Shown: positions 47,401 through 61,400, counted from the first letter of the stretch. The stretch: DNA of 64,000 bases from Antedon mediterranea (GCF_964355755.1 NC_092674.1:26040001-26104000); one strand, 5' to 3'. The notes: a model not told the origin generated them from the letters alone. Program-made: numbers and translations.

Positions 47401-49391
47401 GCATTTGTTCTTCTGTATAGTGTTTTATATTTAACCTTGCCATTCCATTTGTAAACTGAAAAGGAAATCATTTTTCTTTGTGACTAGAGATCGACACATA
47501 CCACTACGTATTGATCACCAACTAACCTGAGGTGAATTTAAAAACGTTTCAGAATATCAATATAAATCAGTGTTTCGTAAATAGTAGGGTGTGTCGAAAA
47601 TGAAATGTTTACATGTAGATCAAAGGTGACCATAGCAACCTGAACAAGTATTTCTTGTTGATGATGGTAACGATCAAGTTGAAACATACAAAAAGGGAAT
47701 GAGAAAAATAGTGAAAAAACGTGGTCCAACAAAAATCTTACATATCTACAATGCAATGTTTCTGGAGATGTTTCATTAAACATTAAATAGATGCCTGCAT
47801 GTGGAACTTCAGCGTGATAAGAGACGCAGCGCAATGCCATAGACGCAACGCAAGACGTAGACGCAACGCAAAGACGTAGACCAATGTCAAGCGACAGTTT
47901 CAATAATCGCTTGTGATTGGTCAAGTTACTTACGTTGCGCTCTATCTCACTGCGTTGTGTCTCTAGCGGGAACCATTAAATGGAGGCAATGGTAAAAACG
48001 AATTGGCGTACCTTAATTCCTTTAATGCCTTGTTCATGACCAGTATGATCTGTATCATTGATATTAATCTGCAGGAATAGAGAACTTGAGACGCCAGCAA
48101 CCGATACATTACGCGTCGTCTTAAACGTGTAACACACCCCAAAATCCATTATGTCAGTTGTAAAGTTTTCTGGCCCACAATCTTCTAAACTCATCCATGT
48201 ACACTTCGTAAGTAGGTCATTAATAGAGTGACTTGCTCTTAGGTAAAGCTCTGTAAGGTTCCAATTGTTTATATTAGAAAAATTGGCATAATTTCCACTG
48301 AAGAATGCGCGAATGTACTTTAATTCTTCGTCGGAGACCTGCGATTGACGCAACTGGTTGTAGTTGCAGAATGTAACGGCGGGAAACGCGATTTCGTCGT
48401 AGTGAGCAATGGATATCTTAGTTGCAACTGGGTAAGACCTGTAGTTTACAACGGACTCTTTCAATATGATAACAAGAAAGGCTAGCGCTATGAAAACCAG
48501 AATGCACCAAATATATCTGTAATAAATGTTTATTTAATTATTAATTCAAATTATAATAAATCAGGGTAACACAAATAAGCAGACAGTTTTTAGTGCGAGA
48601 GAAGAATACATTTTTGTTTATAGACTCGACACTATTGAAGAATGTGTTAAAGTTGATGATGAATAGGGAAAACTTTTAATCCATAAAAATATGAAGCGGA
48701 GATTTTATATTAATCCTACCTCATTGAGATTATAGAAAATACTACTATTGCACTAACGTTGTTTTTTCTCCATTAAAATAGATTAGATATTTCAACACAA
48801 TTAGTGTTTGTTCATTGTTGAGGATGGAATAACATTATTAAACAAAGATATATTGTATATAATTAAAACATTTGAATTACTAAATTCTATCGAATAAGCG
48901 CCCAGTTTAATAGCCTCTATGATGGTAAATTTACACACAAACCAATGACTAATACAAGTAGGCCTAAGCATAATTTCTTAAATGGTTATATAATCGTTTA
49001 TCATTGGCGTAACTGCTATGAGTGCTCACGGACTAAACTCAGAGGCCCCGGATCTTATGGGGGCTTCTTATATAGCAGTGTCCAGAGGAAAAAACAGGCA
49101 TTAAAATATGTCGAAAAGGGCTAAAAAAAACACCCGAGGACTCCAGCGTTAGAGGGCTCCTAAGCCTGCAGGGGCCTCATGCGTTACGCCACTGTCGTTT
49201 ACCTACCTTCTGGCAGCGCAAATTGATCGGTTTCCGACGTAACGTATTCCGTGAAGAGTTGTCTCGCCCGCAAACGTACACACTTCATCAGTTAAGCTGG
49301 ATTTTTCAGGCTGTTTTCCATCATTGGAATCCGTTCTCGTTTCCCGATGGCTAAACGTAAACATCGGATAAACTTTACCGTTGACATTCAT
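44497..49391 (-). CDS. DEG/ENaC channel G, 462 aa; exons 49207-49391, 48012-48516, 46803-46901, 46552-46699, 46038-46094, 45345-45498, 44834-44925, 44497-44645
   Basis: Same motifs and exon architecture as C, E and F; TM2 LLSELGGNMGLICGMSLITIVELLD. Confidence 0.92.
49002..49194. mobile_element. hAT-like MITE with 8-bp TSD
   Basis: TCGTTTAT|CATTGGCGTAAC...GTTACGCCACTG|TCGTTTAC; empty site seen in gene E (TATAATCATTTACCTACC, ~35981-35998); relative at ~58931-59098. Confidence 0.82.
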
Positions 49392-49980
49392 GATCGGACT
49401 AGGTTCGGACGTTACCAGAACTGGTGAATGATACCTCGGAGGCTAGGCCTATATATTACATCCGTAACTTTCAATCAGATGACTAGGCAACTCTGTTCAT
49501 TACGGAGTCGAGTTCGTCGATATAAATGGTTGGTTCCCAATTCTAATCAATCGATGTCCACGTAATTATGTGTTATTACCAATTTAAACATGAGTACAAT
49601 TCGAAGTGCAATAATACAATTTAAAGTACGCGTGCGTCCATGGCAACATCGTGTCCAAAAATGTAACTACAATCAATAAATGACTTGGATTTAGATTTTA
49701 TTTGAATTTTTTTTCCGGACTCATCGCGCTCATACAAAATCAATAGTAGATATTTTTAACAAACACTAACATATAAAATTAATTACAGATAAAGGGTAAA
49801 CCCTGTAGTTACACATTATCATATGCATTGACTGACATTATCTACGGACGTACAATAAAGATTGGCGATAGACAAATATACACTTTCCCACAGAAAACTA
49901 ACAGAAATTAAGACACCGTTTTATTTTATCTTTTTTTTTTTTTTATTTAATTTCCAGGTATACAAACAGAAAGAAATCAA

Positions 49981-50229
49981 CATTATACAAACAAGCGTGG
50001 ATGGAGTACCATGAGGATTGCCAACAGTGCAAGCACTATCAAAGTGGCCCTCCAATACTCCAAACCACATTATACAAACAAGCGTGGATGTAGTACCATG
50101 AGAATTGCCAACAGTGCAAGCACTATCAAAGTGGCTCTCCAATACTCCAAACCACATTATACAAACAAGCGTGGATGGAGTACCATGAGAATTGCCAACA
50201 GTGCAAGCACTATCAAAGTGGCTCTCCAT
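49981..50229. repeat. 87-bp tandem repeat, ~2.9 copies
   Basis: CATTATACAAACAAGCGTGGATG starts at 49981, 50068 and 50155. Confidence 0.93.
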
Positions 50230-50463
50230 TTCCTAGAATCAGATGTTTCGATGAAATTTTGTTTCGCAAGTATAGGCTACAAACAATGAAGTCCCTTTCA
50301 GGAATGAATGAATCAATCAATCAATCAATCGTGTTATTATAATTATATCGCAAAGTGTGTACTTAATATTTTTTTAACACGTTTCATGAGGGTAGCCCAT
50401 CCAGCTGATCATTTGTGGCCCTCGAATACCTTTTTGTAGTGTGATTTTATAGTTTTTCCGGTC

Positions 50464-50592
50464 TTTTTAGTCGCGTGGACGCGACTCTATAGTTCACTAT
50501 GTCGGTCGGTCGGTCGGTCGGTGTGTCGGTCTGTCGGTCGGTCCGGTATCACTATGCGTTTAGCACGCGACTTATGGCTGTTGGCCTTGTTT
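50464..50592 (+). mobile_element. HINE/DINE-1-like (non-autonomous Helentron) element
   Basis: T-run, AGTCGCGTGGACGCGACT 5' hairpin, (GTCG)n microsatellite, subterminal CACGCGACT, 3' stem GGCTGTTGGCC, then CTTGT and T-run; no TSD. Confidence 0.78.
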
Positions 50593-52281
50593 TTTTATAT
50601 ATTTAATATACATTGTATTCTGGTTTTACATTTCTATTCAACTAATAATTTAACTTTTCTAAGGAAGGAAATGGTAACGTCTTTCAGTATTCATTCATAG
50701 TCAAACACAGTAAAATGTGTACATGGTTTAAAATTAGTTCCGTTTGTTCAAAGTTAAGAATTTACATAAAATATAAAAATGAATTAAAAAGGTTACAATT
50801 TGGTAAAACAGAAATAAAACACAACGTTTAAAATATAGATAACATCGGTTAAAATACCAAATACAAATAAGATTGGTGTGTGTAAGGGTATAGCATAAAA
50901 TAATCAACGTTTCATTTTGATTGCCTTAACGTGTTTCTCATCATATTGGTTTTCCATCTTGAGAGTACACTAAACGCACTGACCTACTAAAGACAAGGTA
51001 ATGGTGGAGAGGGTGATACTCATCCGACATAATTAATTTAATTTGTTTTAATTATAGCACTGTAAACCATATCTTTAGCGTTCTTACTATCTTTAGCTCC
51101 AATTATTCGGTAAGCTGATTTTGTTATTTATCGAGGCTATAAAACCAAGCTATTGCTTGTTAAAACTGATCAAATTACTTGATAAAACAACCCCAAGATT
51201 CTATTGCAAACATGAAATTTCTTCATACTTCTTAAAAAATAAAGCCTCTGTTTACACCTAGGCCTATTTGGTAACACATGTTGATTTTTTTTTCCAGTTA
51301 AGTTTATCATCAATTATTGTACCTAAATATGTTACAATCTCAACCTCTGTATCATTCATTTTGATTCGCTTTAACTTTATTTTGTGTCTTTTATGTGTAA
51401 AGGGGTTGGATCAACCGGCTCAGCTACAATTCAATTAAGGTTGACACTGGTCTTTCCAACTTGTTGTTATGTATATACTGAAATAGACCGAATAATAATG
51501 AAATGAAATTAAATAATTGTCAGCTCATTGTGGTTTTTATCTTTCTATAATATATATTGTTATAACATCTCTTACAGTGTTGCTCCACACGGCATTTGTT
51601 ATCAATCATTACCCACCTAGGTAAGTAGGCTTTAAGGCTTTCAGACTAGTTTTCTTTGATTAATATATGATCCCTGCAAAAATCGATCTTCGCTTGACGC
51701 ACCGGTAATTGCCATTTAAATAAGGTCTTTGGATTAGATTCCATTGTAAAAACATTTAATTTCATCATATCTAGTTAAATTATTACTTCAGTTCAACTTA
51801 ATAAGCAACAGTAGCGGTGTCATCAGCATTATATGAATTAAATGCATTTAGTTTGACTATAATGTATAAGTTCAGGCGGTGAAATAAATGTAATCACCGA
51901 GTCAACCTTCAACTATTTTCAATCTTGGAAATATCAATAAATCTTAATATTCTTAATCAGTCCTTAGGTCTAATCCTTTTTTTTTTCTAATATTAATAAA
52001 GATAATAAAATCGATACGGCAATATTGTTGAAAACAAAATCTAAAAATCGACCAAGCAACGTACGTACCAAAACAACAAAAATAATTGTATTGATGGACT
52101 ATGCTACATCCATTGGAATGGAATAAACTTTTCAATTTTACTAAAACACTGAAAATATCAAAATATTCAGTACCATTTATCGACTGTACTTTAAAATCTT
52201 TTATCTCGTCCGTTCGTGCTTTCAGTGTTTACAAATACTGAGGTTTAATACGGTACCATAAAAGTCTCATTTATTTTATTT

Positions 52282-52390
52282 GTAGTCGCGTGCAACGCGA
52301 CTCTACAGCTCACTATGTCGGTCGGTTGGTCGGTTGGTCGGTAAACACCAACTTCAGCACGCGACTGCAGCCCTGTATATGGCCTTGTTT
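52282..52390 (+). mobile_element. HINE/DINE-1-like element, second copy
   Basis: AGTCGCGTGCAACGCGACT...GTCGGTCGGTTGGTCGG...CACGCGACT...GGCCTTGTTTT. Confidence 0.78.
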
Positions 52391-53239
52391 TATGTAATGA
52401 ATTAATGAATTGATTTTAAACAAAGAAATGAAAAATCAGTCTTTCCATAAACAATATTCAGTGAGAATTATTACAATTTGAGAAAAACAATATTATTTTG
52501 CTGTCGAATGTATACAGTAAGTCTGATAATTGACTAAGTAATTAGAAGTCTATTTAAAGGTCAGCTAAATATTACAAGTAATAGCAGTAGCTAATTAAAA
52601 ACCTGAACCGTTTATAAATATGTTTTATTTTTCTAATATTTTATAGTAAATTAATAAATTCTTTTATGTGAACTTTATTCAATCAATTGTACATTTTTTA
52701 GTATTATAATGGTAACCATAAAAACCTGTATTTACAGTGATTTTTACAACAAAAAAATACTAATTATAAAATATATAGTGATTATTTACAGTAATGATAA
52801 TACAAAATTAATTGTTTGTTTTAACTATTATTGGAAACAGAAGTTGAATAATAAAATACTGAATAAATACAAAGTTTCATTAGAGGTTTACAATCAATGG
52901 AAAAAATGAATACATTATATAATTATCTTGAAAATATTCTTTTTTTCAAACATATACCTACAAACCAGATGAACATTTTCAATTACATTATATAATATTG
53001 TAAGTATCAAAAATATCAGATAGTGTTTAGGAAGATTAGGCCTACTGTATTGGCAACGGCCTACAAATAAACATGGTTATAAGCAAAAGTTATATATCGA
53101 TTGATTGAATCGGGCATAGTGAAAGTGTTTAGGCCTAGCTGTTTCAATTAACTAATTGAAAATACCAGTGTATGTGTGTTTTGTTTTCCAATCGTTAGCT
53201 ACCGTTTCCAATACAAACAATGGCATTTAAAGGCACTCC

Positions 53240-54391
53240 AAAACTGTAAAACTCTTTCTTTAAATTAATTTATTACAAATCTTTGTCTGATAGTATACTT
53301 AATTAACTAATTAGCGTTGTAATATTTATCATTGCAGTCATGTTAAAGACCCCTTCCCTGCAATTTTGGACGTTTTTTGGAAAATAATACATATATATCA
53401 CTTTAAAAACATTAAACCATGTCATTCCTTGTCTTAAATGTACGTTTTATGGTAAATTATGATAAAAAGTGAGAAACAATGCACTACCTAAGTAGCTCGC
53501 GGCGATCGACCTCTCGTGGACGGTCTTAGGCCTAGCCTAGCTAGGCTTAGTTTTGTAGGCCTAGCTGGTAAACATCGATAACGTACGAACATCGTACGCT
53601 AGCTATAGGCCTATACCTAGCCTGACGTTGTATAGTTGCTGCATTAATTGTCTTTCTATTTTTGCCAGACTCCGTTGATACAAATTGGGGAAAACCCGGT
53701 ATTTTCGCTGAAAAGTTAGGAGTCTTCCATTTGTTTTGGCTTCACGATCGATCGAAAAGTGGGCGAATTACAGGTGAAAAACAAAAATATCAATCCGCGC
53801 GCAATGCATTTTGGGATTTATAGCGGGCCGCTATAATTATTAGAATCGATTTATTTTTCACATTTGTAACCGCTTAAAGACGAAAAAAGTTATCGCAATA
53901 GGACCATATAGTATTATTTTTACATTAAATAGGCCTATAGTTTGTGATCTTAAATTAGATCTAAAAAACGTAGGGAATGGGGCTTTAAATGAGTTAACCA
54001 AGTTATATTACTCATTGTTACCACTTTAATTTATCCAATGTTGTTCATTGTTCAAAACTGTAAAACTCTTCCTTTAAATTAATTTATTACAAATCTTTGT
54101 CTGATAGTATACTTAATTAACTAATTAGCGTTGTAATATTTATCATTGCAGTCATGTTAAATGATTTAACCAAGTTATATTACTCATTGTTACCACTTTA
54201 AATTATCCAATGTTGTTCATTGTTCAAAACTGTAAAACTCTTCCTTTAAATTAATTTATTATAAATTTTTGTCTGATAGTGTACTTAATTAACTAATTAG
54301 CGTTGTAATATTTATCATTGCAGTCATGTTAAAATGAGTTCACCAAGTTATATTACTCATTGTTACCACTTTAATTTATTCCAATGTTGTT
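53240..54391. repeat. ~172-bp tandem repeat, 3 copies, first interrupted by the transposon
   Basis: CAAAACTGTAAAACTCTT starts at ~53240, ~54053 and ~54225. Confidence 0.9.
53347..53984. mobile_element. 638-bp TTAA-flanked non-autonomous DNA transposon (Kolobok-like)
   Basis: TTAA|AGACCCCTTCCCTGC...GTAGGGAATGGGGCT|TTAA; empty sites in neighbouring tandem units at ~54157 and ~54329. Confidence 0.85.
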
Positions 54392-55413
54392 GGTGATGAT
54401 GAATTGATTTTCTACATCAACAAGTATATTGGTAGTCATGGCAATGTTGGTCGAATTACTTCTACGCTGATTTGGATTCAGGCGGAATCTTTACAATTTC
54501 TTTGTTCTATAATCACGTGATCTGAATAATTGAAAATGCTTCTATATATTATTATTAAGATTAATATTCTTAAAAACCTCGATTGAAATAATGGTATACA
54601 AATGGTAGTGTAGCCCTAAGCGGAATAATTTGTGACATAATGTATTTAAGAAGTGGTTTGTTTTTTTCTTACAAATTTACGCAATTTTTGAAAAGTTAAC
54701 TGAGTGTGATATGTATATTTGCGGAAAATATAATAATATTACTTCTCTATTGGTCAATACACACGTTATCCTTACAAAATGAACTAATAAACAAATGATT
54801 ACTGCGCACGTGCAAGTTCTGAGCTCATACACGTTATTGATAATTCATGACACGTACATTTTCTAAACAAATAAATTGCCCCGGGTTCCAATTTGTTATT
54901 GTAAGAAAGAAAATTATTTGACAAAATATCCTCATAAAAATAATTGTCCACGAAGGCAAAAGTAAATATTAATGCATCAGATATTACTAGGGCTAATTCA
55001 AAAATCGATTTTTATTGATAATTATTTATATTTGGAATTAAATACATCTTGATACTTGATTACTGTGTTTTACGATCAAGATAATGAAGTTAACTAGGAA
55101 TGTATAGCATGCGCAGCAGACACTAATTAGATCTATGTTTTTATTACGTGCGCCAGTAGCAGAAAATGTGAGCGTGCTCTGACGTATGCAAAAGAAAGAG
55201 AAGTGTCTTAGTCTATTAGGCCTACCTAGTTCAGAGGTCCATTAGAAACACAATAACGATTCAATAAACTAATCGATATGGCGTAATGAGGAGGCTCATG
55301 GGAACTGGTTAAAATAATAGAAGTAATAATAGTCATCATTATATTTGGTGTAAATTTAGTCGGTTTCCTGTAAACTACTTTGATTACTTTAAGATTCACG
55401 GCAAGTCTTCGTC

Positions 55414-58400
55414 ATGGAAGCTTGGTCAAATGTGGATACATTTTCGCCAAACCGGGAAAAAACGAATGATTACCGGCTAAGTTTTAGGCCTACTAACTAT
55501 ACCGTGCCTCCACGGGATGGCGTAAAATCTGACGATGTTGGTAAAAGTAACTCTTCAAAGAAAAAACATATTATTGATGATTTGGAATCGTTTTCTCAGA
55601 ATACTACTCTACATGGACTCAACTATGTTACAAGTAAGGAGTCGTCCACAGCTAGAAGGTAAGTTTACCCGTCTGTCTGTTGGTCCTTTTGCGTTTACAT
55701 TTGTTATTAAAACTTGGTGCTTTTAAATGCTATTAGATTTTAATGAATATCCGTATATATTTTTTGGGGTGGGGGTGGGGTGGGGTTGGGGTGGCTGCCC
55801 ATGTAATCAGAAAGCAAATGTTTCTTTAAGGTTATTTATATATTGCGGTTCATTAGACTTCTCGAGCCGAATTAACATTGAATGTTCATGTTACAAATTT
55901 AAAACACACAACTTGATTCAGATAGCAAACACTAACTCTGGTAAGAGGTGTTTACAATGTGTCTAGTACACGCGTAATTTATTAAGCTCATTTTTATTTT
56001 TCTTGTTCGTTATATTCTTTCCTAAAAGGTTGGCTTGGACAGTGATTGTCACAACAATGATGATTGTGTTCATATACATCGGGATAATAAACAATGTTCT
56101 ACGATATCTAGACCGTCCCATCAACACCATCATATCAATGAACTACTTGCTAGATATGGACTTTCCGGCAGTGACTATCTGTAATTACAACCAATGGAAA
56201 GCCTCCATTGTAGGACCAGACAATATTAATATGTTATTCCTGCTTTCCTGGTCAACATTGAAGTATCCGGATCAACAGACATTGGATATTATCAATGCAA
56301 CTAAAAGAGATTTTGACTTAACTGATTTTAACATGACTCATCAGATTGAGGATATGCTGATGAGTTGCTCGTGGAAGAATGCTGAGCGTTGTGGGCCACG
56401 AGATTTTAGGCGAGTAGTGACCCAATGGGGTGTATGTTACACATTCAACAATCCAGAAAATTCAAGCCAAGTAAGGAAAGTAAAACAGTCAGGTAGTAAC
56501 TATGGGCTAAGTATGCGACTGAAGGTCGAGCAAGAAGAATACATACATGGTGATAATACCGGAGCTGGAATCAGGGTGCGTAAAATGACTTTGTTTTACG
56601 TTTAGGATAACGCTGGATAAATATTGGGTTCATATACATAATTTACTTTAGGCAATTCATAATTATTTTGCCAATGACAACAAATAATATAAAAAAAATG
56701 TTTTACATAAAGTAAATGACCTTTAATTCACTGTTTTTATATCGTACTATTTGATTAAAACTCGTTTTAAATGTTATGAATTTCCTAAAATTGTTAAGCT
56801 AAACTGAATAGGCCATTTTATTGATGTCTGACACTATTTTAATTAACGTGAATTTGTTACCCAATAGTGAATTTTCATTTTCAGGCAACATCGCCAGGCG
56901 ACTACGCAGCTATTGAGTCTAATAACATTTCAACTCAATAGTGGTTCCTATTGTTGGTACACAGTTAATTACATACTAATTTAGGTTCTAGACTAAAATT
57001 AATAAAAATATAAATATTTTGGCACATATGGCGCTTCATACATATTATAATACATGAGCTCGTATTTTCAGACTAAAAATCGAAACACCGATTGGTGGAC
57101 TAAGATAAAACGACAAGAAATACAGATTTAGGGCAAGTCTAATTACATACTTGATATTGCACCATAGTGTCATGATAATTATACCACCATTAAATGGAGA
57201 AAAAATGAACGAATTAAAAAATTCAAAAATTGTACCGGGCCATCGTTATTAATAATTAAGAAGAAAGACGCCGGTCAATTGTGATAATTAAAAAACAAAC
57301 AAAACTCTTCTTCTATACATATTAATATCAATATCGTAATAGCCTAGTAAACAATTCCATAATTATACTTGTGTTATCGACTAGAAAAATAAATTGAATT
57401 TTACCAGGAGAGCCAATTGACCCACGTTAACAAATCAAATACAAATTGGTAATGTCAACATTTGAAACAATATCACCAATTTAGGAGAATTTCCTAATTA
57501 AATAAAGATCGGTAATTAGCACAAATTATAATGAAATTATTAACCTATTTGACCTAAAATTCTGGTTATTATTTGTAAATTGTGATGGTTTCGTCATCAA
57601 AATTGAAAGAAAGACAAAGTCGATCCGACAACAACTTCGTAACAAAGATGGCGCGACAGCGACAACGCGAGACAACGAAACACGACTGGCGGCGTGACAA
57701 CGACGGCGTGACGTACAAAGATGGCACGTCAGCGACAACGCGACACAACGAAACGTTACTGACGACGTGACAACGACGGCGTGACGTACAAAGATGGCAC
57801 GACAGCGACAACGCGACACAACGAAACTCGATGGGCGCCGTGAAAATGGAAACATTTTATAAATTGCAGTCATAATGACAATGCAAAATTTTAAGTCAAT
57901 TATGTAATGACAGCATCAATAATTATTAGGATGGTAAATAAACAATTTAAAATCAGATTTGAAAATATATTTAATGACTACATAAACAGAATACGGACGA
58001 TGATGACGTCAACAATTACAGTGATAATCATAGATGATGTATTGGATGACGATGAAGATGGTAATAATAATGATAATAGTAGATTACAAAGACAATTTTA
58101 TTTATGTCTTTAGGCACACGTGGCCAGGGATTACCAATAGTAAATTAATCACTGTCCTATCAAATAGCCCCTGATACAGGGGCTATTTTGTAAACCAGTT
58201 CACTCCCTACTTTTCTTGAATGATGAACTGTGTTCTTTAAAGTACACACAACATGTTATAACTTTGTACACTGGACCTACGATTTATAGTCATTATCCAA
58301 AAAGACTTAATTCACTTAAATCACATGTTTTATATTAACTTTGTTGAATCGACTATAATGTATTTTATCCGTTTATTTTATATTGACACTGTTGATTCGT

Positions 58401-61400
58401 CTATTTGTTATTTTAATATTTTTATATAGTTTATTATATATCATTGTTGTTACTTTGGGAGTATGGAACCTGAAGTCTTGTTATAGTGATTAGGTTCACT
58501 TTTAGGTTCCTGCCTACTCCCTTAGTTTCTGTGTTTTTGTTTGTTTGTAACTGGTTTTTGGCAATAAATAATAATATTAATAATAATAATAAGACTTGTT
58601 CCACCACCAGATCTAGGAGTGAGTCGGCCTCGAACCCTTGTCGATATTGTTGGCTATTTACTGTAAACGGCGCCCCTGTCTTAATCACTCGACCATTTGA
58701 CTCGTGATAAATATAAGAATGATTATGATCATGACGATGTGGTAATAACATGCAACTACAGTAGTGTAACGGTGACGAGAAATTATGTTTAGGCCTATGA
58801 TTTTAATTTGAAATCTATTTTACAGATATTGGTACATGAGCAAGGACAGATACCATTGGTAAAATCCTTAGGGTTCTCCGTCTCACCAGGGTTTGAATCT
58901 CACGTTGGAATGAGACATACAAAGGTAAGTACAGTGACGTAACGGCTATGAGCGCTCACTGGCTAAACCCAGGGGCGCCGGAGCTTAAGCCAGGATATTA
59001 AAAGACATTAAAATATGTCGAAAAGGGCTAAAAACCCGCCCTAAGTCTCCCACTTAGGGTTCCTACACCAGGGGCCTCATGCCTCTGCGTTAAGCCAATA
59101 GATAAGTAACAACTATCAAGATTCTGTGACGTCTGTATGAATATTATAAATGATATTACAAAGATTACACTCATCTCCAACCACATTTTAAACGCGCGCG
59201 TTAAATATGTCATCACTGTGTGTGCTGTTACGTCACCGATTTCATGTTTTTTTTACTACAGTAGAATTTCTCCTTCGGAATATCACTATTAAAGGGACAC
59301 ATTCATTTGAAAAAATTTGCTTTATCAATGATAGGTGTATTTTTATTAGGACGACACCGGTTTCAATTCCATTAATGTATACCGCGCACAGGCTTCGTAT
59401 TTAACGTATCTCCTTAATGTATTTCAGTTCAATACATTGATTGACTTCGACACCTAATCATAATGCTTTCATACCTGTAGCTATACAGGCTGCAACAATT
59501 TCTAAATATCGACCAACAACAAATATGGCGTCGTAATGATCTTTTAAAATACTTGTGCAGCAATGATTCTTCTTCCCCATCACTCATACTAACACGGTTC
59601 TCGTTTATTTTGCTTGTTTTGTTAGGTTGAGAATTTACCATACCCCTACCCATCAAATTGCAGACAAAAGGCATTGAAATTCGGACCGTACACGGCACAA
59701 ACCTGTCATTACGAATGCTATGTGGATTACGTCATCAAAAACTGTGGTTGCCGAGATTATAGGATGCCAGGTTTGTTTATGCAATTATAAATCAGACATT
59801 AACTAAACCCCTTAAAGGCCCATTTACACTAGGACCATAACGATTGACGATAAATAGACAAATTTGCATTTTTCATACATAAAACAAAAGAAATAACAAT
59901 CTATGCTTCCTTTGATGAAAATGTATTTACACACGTCCAATCAAAACGACTTCATGATTAGTAAGAGCAATAATATCGTGACAATAAAACATTTAATTGT
60001 AATTTTAAAAATATTATTTTTTTTCAAAGACAGCATAAATGATTATCCTATAGTTCTAGAACAAAAACCTTTCTAATTTCTTTTGTTTTATGTCCAAAAA
60101 ATGCATGCTTATATATTTATTTTTTATCGTTAACGTCCCAGCCTTAAGCCCTTCATAAAAAGGGCATCAACGGCTCCTATTATTGATACAATGATAACAC
60201 CCCTATTATGGTTGAGTTCAAACGAAGCCCCTATTAGAACAGATTTCACCAACCCTATTGGAAAAACGGAAGGGAGATGAGATTGGTGAAAGAGATACAA
60301 GAGTAGAGAATTCCATACCCTTAGGCCTACATGTGATACGCACTTATAGGTTGACAACAAATTTAAATAATCATCTGTTATTATTTACATAAATGTAATC
60401 TTTCAGGAGACGTGCGAATATGCGACGTTTACGAGACAATAACTTGTGTGAACAATGCAACGTGTAAGTATTAGTGATTTGATGAAATCAGACAACGTAA
60501 AATTTATTACTGGAAATCCGTACCTTCGTGTAGTTATTTTCCATAAAAAAAACCAACGCAACGACTATTTTAAAGCGTGGTTCCCACTAGCGACGTAACG
60601 CAACGACATATTGACGTTTGAAGTGCTTTAAGCGTGGTTCCCACTAGCGACGCAACGTAACGCAATCTACGTAACGTAAGGAAATGCCCTTCCAATCATT
60701 GTGGTTTCCCCCGCCTGCTTGAAATCAAACCTATGATGTTTGCAGCATTGTTGCGTCGTCGATTCCCACTTGTGATTACGCAATACAGCACTTTGCGTTG
60801 ATACGTCGCTGCGTTGCGTTCTAGTGGGAACCACGCTGTATGGCGTGATCACAAGTGGGAACCGACGACGCAACAATGCTGCAAATATCGCAGGTTTACT
60901 TTAACACAGGCGGGGGCAAACACAATTATTGGAAGGGCATTTTCTTACGTTGCGCAGGTCGCATTACGTTGCGTCACCAGTGGGAACCAAGCTTAAGCGG
61001 GGGTCCGTTCAAGATTTAATATAGTTGTTTCCTCGGGAAAGTTAGTGAAAGTTATCTTCACCACAAAGTTAACCATTTATATTGTTGTTTACAATATGGT
61101 AAACAAAACTATGTTTAAAATGAATCTTTTCAAATATTTTTAAAACTCTTCAGTTGATTTTATTTTGGAGGAGGAAAGGTGTTCCTGTCCAACCGCGTGC
61201 TCAACTGGTGTTTATGACGTCAGAGTTTCGTCAACATATTGGCCCTCTTCTTACGTCACTAACATGTATTTAACACCGATGAATGTCTCAGAGACCGAAG
61301 CAAGGTAAGCCTCTCTTAACAACACCTCGAAAAGAAGCCCATGAGCTTCCTTTTTTTAGTAGTCTTGGTTGAACGGGCTTCTTTTCAAAGTTTTTACTGT

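Noticed and set aside
7582-49391. One giant gene with mutually exclusive exon cassettes (Dscam-like)
   Set aside because: Each intact unit has its own ATG exon, full exon set and stop codon, so separate genes are the simpler reading.
49981-50229. Possible CRISPR-like array (also 34813-35030, 57630-57830, 29200-29610)
   Set aside because: Units repeat head to tail with no unique spacers; no cas genes; eukaryotic context.
57526-57873. Arg/Cys-rich ORFs on both strands
   Set aside because: Products of the CpG-rich tandem repeat in H intron 2.
58600-58705. tRNA gene on the minus strand
   Set aside because: A/B boxes are present but I see no convincing cloverleaf; better explained as a SINE head.
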